This document shows positions 1 to 10,327 of a stretch of 64,000 nt of DNA, piece after piece. Within the stretch, counting starts at the first letter, position 1; each line of letters opens with the position of its first letter. The stretch spans positions 55,305,247 through 55,369,246 of the forward strand of contig NC_068981.1 in NCBI RefSeq assembly GCF_001194135.2, in the 5' to 3' direction. Position numbers and translations under genes: made by a program. This DNA comes from Octopus bimaculoides (lineage: Eukaryota). A model generated the notes under the pieces. The model did not search any database and had not been told where the DNA came from. It saw nothing but the letters and a program-made list of their open reading frames with translations.

Positions 1-77
1 GGTATATGTATGCAAGCACACTATGCTATTAAGGTACAGGTAACAACAGAATAAACAAAAGTTTATCAGGAATCATA

Positions 78-1017
78 TTTAAATAATCAGAAAATGGAGA
101 AAACTTCTGATCAACAAACAAACAAATTGAATCACATCAGTTGATTATTTTTTAATACAAAGCCTGACATAACATTTCTTATGGCTGTTTCTGCTTCCAG
201 TATTATTTGGTGCTTATAAAAGAAATTCCGGAAATAATATTCATCATCTTCATAGCACATTCGATCTAGTACATGGAGCTTCATCAGAGTGAATACAAGA
301 GCTTAAAAAAAATTAAATGAAAGGAAGAGGAAATAGGAAAGAACAGGGCCTCAAGAAGAGGCCAGAATCATACCATCTTGCAGAATGGAGCTTGAAGTAG
401 ATGGGCAAAAGAGTGAACTAGTAGTGGCCTAGGGAAATATTTACGGGTATTTGGGTTATTTCTATATAAAGGGGGGAACCAGGGTGTTTGAATAATAGTG
501 AAATGAAGTTAGTACTAAAATAAGAAGAATTACCAATGTCTAGAAAATATTGGTAATTCTTGTTTCATTTTAGTACTAACTTCATTTCACTACTATTCAA
601 ACACCCTGGTTCAACCTTTATATAGAAATAATCCATAAATATTTCCCTAGGCCACTGCTAGTTCACTCTTTTGCCTATCGACTTCAAGCTCCATTCTGCA
701 AGATGGTATGATTTTAATATATTGAGCCTTCAGGCCTCTTCTCGAGGCCCTTTCTTTCCTGTTCCCTCTTCCCTTAATTTATTTTATTTTACGCTTTTAT
801 ATTCATTCTGATGAAGCTCCATGTACTACATCGAATGTGCTATGAAGATGACAAATATTATTTCTGGAATTTCTTTTGTAAGCACCGACTAATAATGGAA
901 GCAGAAACGGCCGTAAGAAATGTTATGTCATGCCTTTTATTAAAAAATAATCAACCGATGTGGTTCAATTTGTTTGTTTGTTGATCAAAAATTTTCTCCA
1001 TTCTCTGATTATTTAAA
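78..1017. repeat. ~940-bp near-perfect palindrome (foldback/MITE-like element)
   Basis: 78-537 is the reverse complement of 549-1017 (tttaaataatcag...aagaattaccaat versus attggtaattctt...ctgattatttaaa), with scattered substitutions, small indels and an 11-nt spacer. Confidence 0.93.
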
Positions 1018-1029
1018 TTTATATATATA

Positions 1030-1231
1030 TATTTGTGTGTCTATGTTTGTCCCCCACCATTGTTTGACAATTGATGTTGGTGTTTTAAACCCCCATAACT
1101 TAGAAGTTTGGCAAAAGAGGCCGATAGAATAAGTACTAAGCTTACAAAGAATATGTCCTGCAGTTGATTTGTTCGAATAAAGGTGGTGCTCCAGCATGGC
1201 CACAGTCAAATGACTGAAGCGAGTAAAAGAA
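1030..1231 (+). mobile_element. 3' half of a tRNA-derived SINE (family B)
   Basis: Matches the 3' half of the fuller copy at 49995-50372 (gatagaataagtact...ggtgctccagcatggccacagtcaaatgactgaa). Confidence 0.75.
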
Positions 1232-1238
1232 TATGTGT

Positions 1239-1277
<39 letters not shown>

Positions 1278-1656
1278 ATTTGTTAATGTGTCATTGTACT
1301 ATAAAGATATGAATATATGCATAAACAAAATTATAGTCATGTGATTGAAATTTATTTTGAGAAACATATTTATATAATTTAAGTCATCTAAAATATATAT
1401 GCAACAGCAAATAACCTACAACAACCAACTTTAAATATTAATGGCTAAAAAAATTATTTCACAATATTAGATATTAGTAGGATTAGTATTAATACAATCA
1501 TATCTGAATTTATGACTGATATATTTTTTATCATACTCCTCTAGGAAAATCTAAGTTTTAAAAAACACATTACTTTACAGATGATGGTAATAAAGAAATG
1601 GAAAAGAATAGATTATTTGAAAGAAATTTCAATTTAAGTGACTTGACAACACTAAC

Positions 1657-1785
1657 CTCATTTGGAGATACAGGCTCAGCAAAAATGTTTCCCACATCTT
1701 TCTCTTGAATTTGATCTAGTGCATGTCTTAAGAAAATAACAAAAGGCTGCAACTGCATTTCTGTGGCTAATTGATGTACTCTTAT
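1657..1785 (-). CDS. BRPF1: Peregrin/BRPF1 exon, start of the bromodomain (helix Z and ZA loop)
   Basis: Acceptor ttttcctttccag|ATA. Reads [43 protein letters not shown], resembling human ...LQEKDTGNIFSEPVPLSE. Donor GAG|GTTAGT; 129 nt. Downstream exons lie outside the window. Confidence 0.94.
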
Positions 1786-2031
1786 CTGGAAAGGAAAATA
1801 TCTAAGGTGAAGCACCAGGTATGCTTTGTTTCAAATAATCATGCAACAAAAGAAAACAATAAAATAAAAGGCATGAAAATGTACTATAACTAACAAAACA
1901 CAGCTACATTATAAAAATGGTTAAAAGATAATAAAGAATTATTTTCAAATAGTCTGTATGCATAATCTAGCGCACAGATTTTGATTAAAAATTCCACATT
2001 TCTATTTTAATCATGTATATTCTAAATATAT

Positions 2032-3555
2032 CCCCTCTTATTTATCATAGTCCTCCAGGCAATCACAGAGGAGTTCAAGACAGGTTGCCCCTGGGAGCTC
2101 CTCTATGCTGATGACCTTGCCCTAATTGCGGAGTCACTATCAGAACTAGAGGAGAAGTTTCAGGTGTGGAAGCAAGGTCTAGAATTGAAGGGCCTTAGAG
2201 TCAACCCAGCTAAAACCAAAATCCTAATAAGTAGGAAGGTAGATAAAACACAAACCCCTTCAGGCAGATGGCCCTGCTCAGTATGTAGAAAAGGAGTAGG
2301 TAGTAACTCTATAAGATGTACCCGGTGCAAGCTATGGACACATAAGNNNNNNNNNNNNNNNNNNNNNNNNNNNNNNNNNNNNNNNNNNNNNNNNNNNNNN
2401 NNNNNNNNNNNNNNNNNNNNNNNNNNNNNNNNNNNNNNNNNNNNNNNNNNNNNNNNNNNNNNNNNNNNNNNNNNNNNNNNNNNNNNNNNNNNNNNNNNNN
2501 NNNNNNNNNNNNNNNNNNNNNNNNNNNNNNNNNNNNNNNNNNNNNNNNNNNNNNNNNNNNNNNNNNNNNNNNNNNNNNNNNNNNNNNNNNNNNNNNNNNN
2601 NNNNNNNNNNNNNNNNNNNNNNNNNNNNNNNNNNNNNNNNNNNNNNNNNNNNNNNNNNNNNNNNNNNNNNNNNNNNNNNNNNNNNNNNNNNNNNNNNNNN
2701 NNNNNNNNNNNNNNNNNNNNNNNNNNNNNNNNNNNNNNNNNNNNNNNNNNNNNNNNNNNNNNNNNNNNNNNNNNNNNNNNNNNNNNNNNNNNNNNNNNNN
2801 NNNNNNNNNNNNNNNNNNNNNNNNNNNNNNNNNNNNNNNNNNNNNNNNNNNNNNNNNNNNNNNNNNNNNNNNNNNNNNNNNNNNNNNNNNNNNNNNNNNN
2901 NNNNNNNNNNNNNNNNNNNNNNNNNNNNNNNNNNNNNNNNNNNNNNNNNNNNNNNNNNNNNNNNNNNNNNNNNNNNNNNNNNNNNNNNNNNNNNNNNNNN
3001 NNNNNNNNNNNNNNNNNNNNNNNNNNNNNNNNNNNNNNNNNNNNNNNNNNNNNNNNNNNNNNNNNNNNNNNNNNNNNNNNNNNNNNNNNNNNNNNNNNNN
3101 NNNNNNNNNNNNNNNNNNNNNNNNNNNNNNNNNNNNNNNNNNNNNNNNNNNNNNNNNNNNNNNNNNNNNNNNNNNNNNNNNNNNNNNNNNNNNNNNNNNN
3201 NNNNNNNNNNNNNNNNNNNNNNNNNNNNNNNTGAGCGTGGCTGTTGCCAGTACCGCCTGACTGGCTCCCGTAGGATTTTCGAGTGAGATCGTTGCCAGTG
3301 CCCCTGGACTGGCTTGTGCGGGTGGCACATAAAAGACACCATTTCAAGCCTGGCCGTTTTCGTGCGGGTGACACGTAAAAGCATCCACTACACTCTCTGA
3401 ATGGTTGGCGTTAGGAAGGGCATCCAGCTGTAGAAACTCTGCCAAATTAGATTGGAGCCTGGTGTTGCCATCCGGTTTCACCAGTCCTCAGTCAAATCGT
3501 CCAACCCATGCTAGCATGGAAAGCGGACGTTAAACGATGATGATGATGATGATGA
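2032..3555 (+). mobile_element. Young 5'-truncated RTE-clade LINE (RT C-terminus, Cys/His finger, 3' UTR, (GAT)n tail), interrupted by an N gap
   Basis: Open frame 2032-2346 reads PLLFIIVLQAITEEFKTGCPWELLYADDLALIAES...RWPCSVCRKGVGSNSIRCTRCKLWTHK, with the YADD motif at 2104-2115. After the gap, the 3' UTR ends in gcggacgttaaac(gat)n. Continuity across the gap is inferred. Confidence 0.85.
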
Positions 3556-4980
3556 TACAAATAATACGACGACGACGCCGTCATCGTCATCATCATCATC
3601 GTTTAACGTCTGCCTTCCATGCTGGATGTTAAATAATGATGATGATAATAATGATTAAAACAGAAATGTGGAATTTTTGAAACAAAATCTATATATTTTA
3701 ATAATTTACTTTTTTAATAATACAATATAAATATAATGATTTTATTCTATAAATATATTATTTTTTCTAATGCAAAAGAAATAAGCAATAGAGCTCTGAT
3801 GAAGCAATAATAAATATTGAAACTAATCAGATCTCTTTTCCTGACCACACAGACAAAAATCTGTCAAACAAAAACATAATTTCTACTTTTCATAATAAGC
3901 TTAAAAGTTTACTCAAAACATATACTCATAAGTTTACCTTACATTTCAGTCTGTTTTAAAATGATTCAACAAATCTTAAAATCTCATAATTGTTCAAATT
4001 CTTCAATATTACCATCATAAGGTCATAAGGTTGTTTGCACTAATATTGACTAGCTCAACCGTAAAACAAGAGTGGTCCCTATTCTTAAAGATATACTTCT
4101 AGTCACAAAGTTTGCAACAAAATTGTTGAGAAATCATTTAGTTAGTTGACTTGTACCTCATTTTATCTTACAAGGGAAAGTAGAACTCTCAACTATTGTT
4201 TGTTCTTGCCTGAACAAGTTCTTGAGGTGCACATTAAAACATGCAGTAAACAGTATTATTTAACTCGGTTTTCAATGATAGTTCATAGTACTAAACAATT
4301 TAATAATGCTAAGTTTGATTTACAAAACAACCTACTTTTGATTTGGTTGGGGTTCTCTCCACAACCACTAACTTTATAAAAGATGTTATCTAAAGTTATA
4401 ACTATTAGAAACACTAAACTAGGTTGAAAAGAATTTAATTAATCAACAAGTCTCAGTAAACAATAGTTGTAGGCTTCAGACTCTGCCAGCTACCCATGTA
4501 TTTGAATGGTTTCTGAGCATTTTGACTATTTTAGTGCATTTAAATTAAATGTCGTCAAAGTATGTTTGTTATCCTGATGAATGTAAAATGGTATTATATT
4601 TAGTTTCAGTCTGTTAATAAAACCAAGTTTGATGGAGAAATGAAACAACTTCTAAAGTCAAACATATGATACACAAATATGCCCAGTAATCATGTATGTG
4701 TTGGAATTATATTGTCCTATCATAATTCACATACTCTTCATTGTTGCATATGCAGAGCCCTCCTACACATATTATTAAATAGGTATTGCAACTTCAACAA
4801 CAGCAACAAAACCTAAGTGCATAATCTTAACCTACTACAAACGTCAGCAAAACATTGTTAGTCCTTTACTAACATTATTAGTAAAGTAGAAAACACCTCT
4901 TAAGGAAACAATACAAAACCCTAATTAGTGAGCTATTTTTCAGATTGCAGTGCTTATGCAATGTACAATAAACACATCTA

Positions 4981-5172
4981 TGAGGGGGTGCTGAAAAGTA
5001 CCTGGCTTTAACGGTATTGTAAAAGGCCTCATTTTACAGAACTCAGAAAAACTGAAGCACTGCTGCAATAAGTATGTGAATCTGAGAAGGGAATATAATG
5101 AATAAAATCATAATTAACTTATCTTCCTGTATTTTCATTTACCTAAAGCCAGGAACTTTTCAGCACCCCTCA
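4981..5172. mobile_element. Mariner-type MITE
   Basis: ~28-bp TIRs (tgagggggtgctgaaaagtacctggcttta ... taaagccaggaacttttcagcacccctca) flanked by TA on both sides. The internal gtgaatctgagaagggaatat resembles a mariner transposase C-terminus (..V.LRGEY). Confidence 0.78.
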
Positions 5173-5716
5173 TAAAATCTGCAATAATGTACTACAAGAA
5201 CCCATCTTCTCACTAAAAAATTTTAACCTTCATGACCTTTTCCACACTTCTACAAAACATACACAGCCTCTGTTCGTGAACAAACAATATATTAAATTTA
5301 TCATGAACCATGTCAATTATGTCTCGGCACACTCTCCTATTCCTTGAGAGCAATAAATGTTGAGAGAAAAACTAAAACCTGTGAGAGGAATATTTTCCTG
5401 AATTATGAAACAGTTATTTAGAACAAAGTGAGCTGAAAATACCAAATCACAGAATAAAAGATGCAATGGGTTGTCTATTAAAATGACTTTCTGGTGCACA
5501 TTCAGCAAGACTGCACCTTGCCAGATGAGATGCTTTCCAATACAAAAAAAATTCATTGTACTTTCCTACCAAACCCATCAGAATGGAGTATTGTAAATAA
5601 CATTGTTTGCAGGACTAAAAAGAAAAATTTTCTTAAAAAGCTTAGAAAACTATCATCAGCTTCACATTTTACTTTTAAAGTCTTTTCTGAATTCTAGCAA
5701 TAGAAAAATTCCAAAC

Positions 5717-5848
5717 CTGTTCTCTTTTCAGCTTTTCTCGTTTCCTAATGAGTTCCACCAGCAGACGAGCTTTTTCAAGATCCTGCCGAAGCCTCTGCCA
5801 ATATTTCAGTTGTGCTCGTAAAGCATTGCTTTGCTTATCATTCTTTGT
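5717..5848 (-). CDS. BRPF1: Peregrin/BRPF1 exon (coiled region before the bromodomain)
   Basis: Acceptor tttttgttgcag|ACA. Reads [44 protein letters not shown], matching the BRPF motif [27 protein letters not shown]. Donor CAG|GTTTGG; 132 nt, phase 0. Confidence 0.94.
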
Positions 5849-6739
5849 CTGCAACAAAAATTGAATAAAACCAATGAAAATCAAGACTCAGAAAAAAACC
5901 AACTTAGTATATTAAAATGATCTAAAACCTACTTAGTAAATAATCATTATGATATTGTCTTTTTATCTAAAAAGGAAAATATTTGAACTTTGCTATAGTA
6001 ATAAAGAGAAATCAGAAAATTTTAGATTACAATATTCAAGTGACAATCAAAGAGTCAAATTTAGGAACTTGAATATACACACACACACACAAGGAAATCT
6101 AACAGTAAAAAAAACAAAAGAGCTAAGTCATAAACTATAACGCCATAAATATGTTTCCTATCCACTAAGGGACTGTTAGGGGATAATGCTAAGTTTTATC
6201 ACCATGGTAAGTAAATGAAAGATAATTTCAACATGGAGAGGGTGTTACCTAAAGTTATCTAAGGTAATATTTCCAAACAATCAGTTACTTATTCCTTGGC
6301 AGCTATGTGAACTGAGACTCAGATAATTAAGTATAGTGCTCAAATACACTGAAAAATGCTTATTATGTATATGAACTCCTTAGAAATATAACCATAACCA
6401 CACAGCTATTTTACTTGCACACAATGATGTCTTAAAGAGGAATTCTTAGCTCATAAAGAAAATCAGAAAAAATAACAAGAAAATTCAAATTAGAATTATC
6501 TTCCTAGCTGTAACATTACATAATATATCAAGAATTTTTTATTATTTCTTTTTTTACACAGATATCTTTCAGGGCAATGTGCACTAAAACTTTTAATTAC
6601 TCTAGTTTGATGAGCAGTTGGCACTAACCATAAAATGCTTGTAGTCCTAATAGATGGATTACATTAAAAATAAATGTCTATTTTCTCTTAGACGTTTATT
6701 TATAATAAAGCTCTTCAAACACAGTTCTATATTTATATT

Positions 6740-6905
6740 ATTTACATTCAACAGATATTTTACATTATTTACATTTGATGGATATTTGTCCTCATCTTGT
6801 TTGTTGTTAACACAACATTTCAGCTGATATACCCTCCAGCCTTCTTCAGGTGTCTTGAGGAAATTTTGAACCTGGGTTCTCATTCCTAAGATATCTTTTT
6901 TCGAT
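6740..6905 (-). mobile_element. Penelope-like element (PLE) terminal repeat fragment, copy A
   Basis: Reverse complement of 7704-7863; abuts the (ATT)n array and carries a CTGAAGA...GAAA motif. Confidence 0.75.
6809..6854 (-). ncRNA. Minimal type I hammerhead ribozyme motif, copy A (helix III C15.2>U)
   Basis: Minus strand reads GACAC CUGAAGA A GGCUG gaggguauau CAGCU GAAA UGUU GUGUU. Stems I and II can pair, but the helix III palindrome AACGUU has decayed to AAUGUU. Confidence 0.6.
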
Positions 6906-6930
6906 ATTATTATTATTATCATTATTATTA

Positions 6931-6992
<62 letters not shown>
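6905..6992. repeat. (ATT)n microsatellite running into an assembly gap
   Basis: Direct inspection. Confidence 0.97.
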
Positions 6993-7510
6993 NNNNNNNN
7001 NNNNNNNNNNNNNNNNNNNNNNNNNNNNNNNNNNNNNNNNNNNNNNNNNNNNNNNNNNNNNNNNNNNNNNNNNNNNNNNNNNNNNNNNNNNNNNNNNNNN
7101 NNNNNNNNNNNNNNNNNNNNNNNNNNNNNNNNNNNNNNNNNNNNNNNNNNNNNNNNNNNNNNNNNNNNNNNNNNNNNNNNNNNNNNNNNNNNNNNNNNNN
7201 NNNNNNNNNNNNNNNNNNNNNNNNNNNNNNNNNNNNNNNNNNNNNNNNNNNNNNNNNNNNNNNNNNNNNNNNNNNNNNNNNNNNNNNNNNNNNNNNNNNN
7301 NNNNNNNNNNNNNNNNNNNNNNNNNNNNNNNNNNNNNNNNNNNNNNNNNNNNNNNNNNNNNNNNNNNNNNNNNNNNNNNNNNNNNNNNNNNNNNNNNNNN
7401 NNNNNNNNNNNNNNNNNNNNNNNNNNNNNNNNNNNNNNNNNNNNNNNNNNNNNNNNNNNNNNNNNNNNNNNNNNNNNNNNNNNNNNNNNNNNNNNNNNNN
7501 NNNNNNNNNN

Positions 7511-7690
7511 AACATACAGAAAATTGCACTACTGGGCACTGCACACATCCTATGCAAAACACTTTCAATACAGTAACCATAAGAGCATCACAGCAAACCA
7601 CAGCACATATCCAAGGCACACAGAGCTGCGCTCGATAGTGAAGTGAAAGCACGTTATAAAAATAAAACTACTGAACAATAATAATAATAA
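7511..7690 (+). mobile_element. 3' end of a Dong/R4-clade non-LTR retrotransposon with (TAA)n tail
   Basis: 7511-7576 reads NIQKIALLGTAHILCKTLSIQ*, the typical C-terminus of R4/Dong restriction-like-endonuclease ORFs. The 3' UTR matches 17821-17930 in reverse and ends in (aat)n. Confidence 0.78.
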
Positions 7691-7703
7691 TAACAACAAC
7701 AAC

Positions 7704-7863
7704 ATCGAAAAATGCCTTAGGAATGAGAACCCAGGTTCGAAATTTCCCCAAGACACCTGAAGAAGGCTGGAGGGTATATCAGCTGAAACGTTGTGTTAAC
7801 AACAAACAAGATGAGGACAAATATCCATTGAATGTAAATAATGTAAATAATCTAAATAATGTT
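7704..7863 (+). mobile_element. PLE terminal repeat fragment, copy B
   Basis: atcgaaaaatgccttaggaatgagaacccaggttcgaaatttccccaagacacctgaagaagg...aaatgtaaataat; same family as 6740-6905 and 49355-49598. Confidence 0.78.
7752..7797 (+). ncRNA. Minimal type I hammerhead ribozyme motif, copy B (core intact; predicted cleavage after GUU at 7792)
   Basis: GACAC CUGAAGA A GGCUG gaggguauau CAGCU GAAA CGUU GUGUU. Stem I is GACAC/GUGUU (5 bp), stem II is GGCUG/CAGCU, helix III is the palindromic AACGUU, and the cleavage triplet is GUU. Confidence 0.72.
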
Positions 7864-9687
7864 CTTCAAACACACATTAATTTATAATTTGTACATCAAG
7901 AAAATCACTCCATTCTAAAATATAAATTACTGAAAAGATATTAAATATAAATGAAAAAAATTGAATTAAGTTTTGCTTTATTGCTTAAGAGAAAATCCAA
8001 TCGTAAATCATTTGCAACAGAACGGTAAAAACAATGTTGAAGTAGAAAAAAAAACATGAAAACTGAAGAAATATGGGGCCTAAAGGGAACTTTTCTTACA
8101 ATTATAACAGATGGTTTTATTGACCACAAACAGACTAGTGTCAAGGATAAGTGTAGTTTATTTAGAAACAGCCTCTTGCAAGCTTTGATAAAGGTTGAGG
8201 ATGGCCTAACAGTTTCTTTAAACATATGTGATGGCAGAATGCTGAAGCAAGTCAAGCAGTTAATAAGAAAGAAGGAAAATGGGAGAATTACAAGGAAAGA
8301 AAGCCATCATGGCACAGAAATACTAAGACGCAAAATGGAAGGCTAAAAACAGGTATTCCTAGGAAGAATAATGACACAGTTAAGAAGTATTCTAAAAATG
8401 TAAAGGGGACGAAAATAAGGTATAAATAATTAGACTAGAAAAAAACAGATGGTAAAAGCAAATGAAAACACCACAGGAGAAATTTCTATGTGTAAACATT
8501 CATAGAGACATAGTAACAATAGGAAAGTGATCCATTTAAGGGTTCATGAAAATTATTAATTAGATGTATTAAAAAAACTAAGGAGAGTCAACAGAGAGTC
8601 AGACAAATACTGTTAGTGTACCAGTATTCACTCAAGCTATTTCTGTTCCGAGTTCAAATCTTGCCACAGTCAACTTTGCCTTTCATCATTCCAGAATCAA
8701 TAATGTAAAGTACCAATCAGGAACTGGTGTAAATTCATTTCTTGGTATTGGCTGCACTGTACTGTGAGAACATGGTAGATCACTCACAGTATTCCATTTC
8801 TCCAAGACAGCCACTTCCATCTTGTCACAGAGGATGAATGTGACCACCAAGTTCCTGACAGAGAACAGCATACGATCATGATGATGGCAGTGATGTATGT
8901 AAAAGGCAGTGAGTAGATGCAGGGGAGATTAAAAAACTAGAGTGCTAGTTTCAAAAGGATATAACCTAAGAACATAACACTTTTGCAACTATATTTCTGG
9001 ACAGAGTTACTATGAGCTTCAACTGAGTTTAAATATAATTAAGTCTTTATAGAGGTTTGACAAAATATCTGTAACTTTGCTAATTTGTATATGGCATGTT
9101 AGTCTCGACCAACTGAAATCTTACAAGATCATTCAATCTAAATGGTCACTTTAATACAAGCTCTCTCAGGTGAATATTAAAAATTCTTGAAATAACAATT
9201 TTAAAATTAAGAGATATAATGAGCAGGCACTACTATAGAAGTAGTTTGAATAGAAAGGTCTCAAAGAGATGAGGGGAAAACTACTGCCATAAAACTTACT
9301 CAAAAAATTGTCATCGCTGTTACCAGCTGCTTGAAAAAAGTGTTACAATATGAAAACTGAAGTGATATCATTAAGACAGAAAGAAACCAAAGATACTATT
9401 AACTAGCTGTGATAACAGTTTAGAATGATACGAATCATGCACATATAGTTAAGGGTAACTTTAATAAACACACCAGAAAATAATTACCTTCATAAAAGGA
9501 GGAGGAGGAGTCTCTTTTTTTCTTTAGATAGCTAAAGATGGACTGCTTTACACACATGCCAAAACACATAAGAGCCGAAAAACATTTCACAACATTCAAA
9601 TATCTCCAATAAATTCCAGATAAACCACCTACACCCAGATATATCTCTGCAAACAATCACTCTTTACTTGAATGGGCTATGCTGCCA

Positions 9688-9904
9688 AGGCAGCAAGCTG
9701 GCAGAAATGTTAGCATGCTGGGCGAAATGCTTAGTGGTATTTTGTCTGTCTTTACATTCTGAGTTCAAATTCTGCCGAGGTCAATTTTACCTTTCATTCT
9801 TTCGAGGTCGATAAATTAAGTACCAGTTGCGTACTGGAGTTGATCTAATCAACTGGCCCCTCCCCAAAAATGTGAGGCCTTGTGCCTAGAGTAAAAAAGA
9901 ATAT
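9688..9904 (+). mobile_element. tRNA-derived SINE (family A)
   Basis: Head aggcagcaagctggcagaaatgttagca with B-box-like gagttcaaattc; body gcctttcat...ggtcgataaattaagtaccag. Further copies at 17607-17812, 18303-18497 and, in reverse, near 16050-16240, 33860-34050, 48870-49040 and 60400-60500. Confidence 0.8.
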
Positions 9905-10058
9905 TAACAAATCACCTGAGAAAACACAACTAGATCTCATAATGCAGGGAAACGGTTGCATAACCAAGTACCTGCACACCTGGAGAAACACATTGCATAG
10001 AAACAATTGTAGTGATTGAAAATAAATGTCCAACCATACTCCTTGTTGAGCCCAAATT

Positions 10059-10060
<2 letters not shown>

Positions 10061-10146
<86 letters not shown>

Positions 10147-10164
10147 TACATACATACATACATA
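10061..10164. repeat. Compound (TACA)n(CA)n(TACA)n microsatellite
   Basis: Direct inspection; ends in a 10-nt gap. Confidence 0.97.
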
Positions 10165-10327
10165 NNNNNNNNNNTGCCTTTTAGGATTGATAAAAATAAG
10201 TACCAGTTGAACACTGGGGTTCATGTAGTCATCTTACCCCACCCTCAAAATTGCTGGTATTGTGCCAAAATGTGAAACCAATATATATATATATATATAT
10301 ATAAATGCTGAAAATGTGCAGAAAATA

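Noticed and set aside
808-840. CTGATGA in the large palindrome as a possible hammerhead
   Set aside because: It is followed by a small hairpin and CGAATG rather than GAAA, with no helix III or stem I.
1786-1815. N-terminal [10 protein letters not shown] and other ORF-track extensions of BRPF1 exons
   Set aside because: These are intronic read-through of polypyrimidine tracts and donors, not part of the spliced protein.
2160-3384. Long ORFs of 339-404 aa in the ORF track (also 6846-7652 and 6988-7557)
   Set aside because: They span N gaps and are mostly X. Only the RTE frame 2032-2346 is real coding-derived sequence.
9845-10275. ORFs rich in YVCM/HTHT/YIYI repeats (also near 11.3, 16.9, 18.7, 23.5 and 40.4 kb)
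   Set aside because: They are translations of dinucleotide and tetranucleotide microsatellites.
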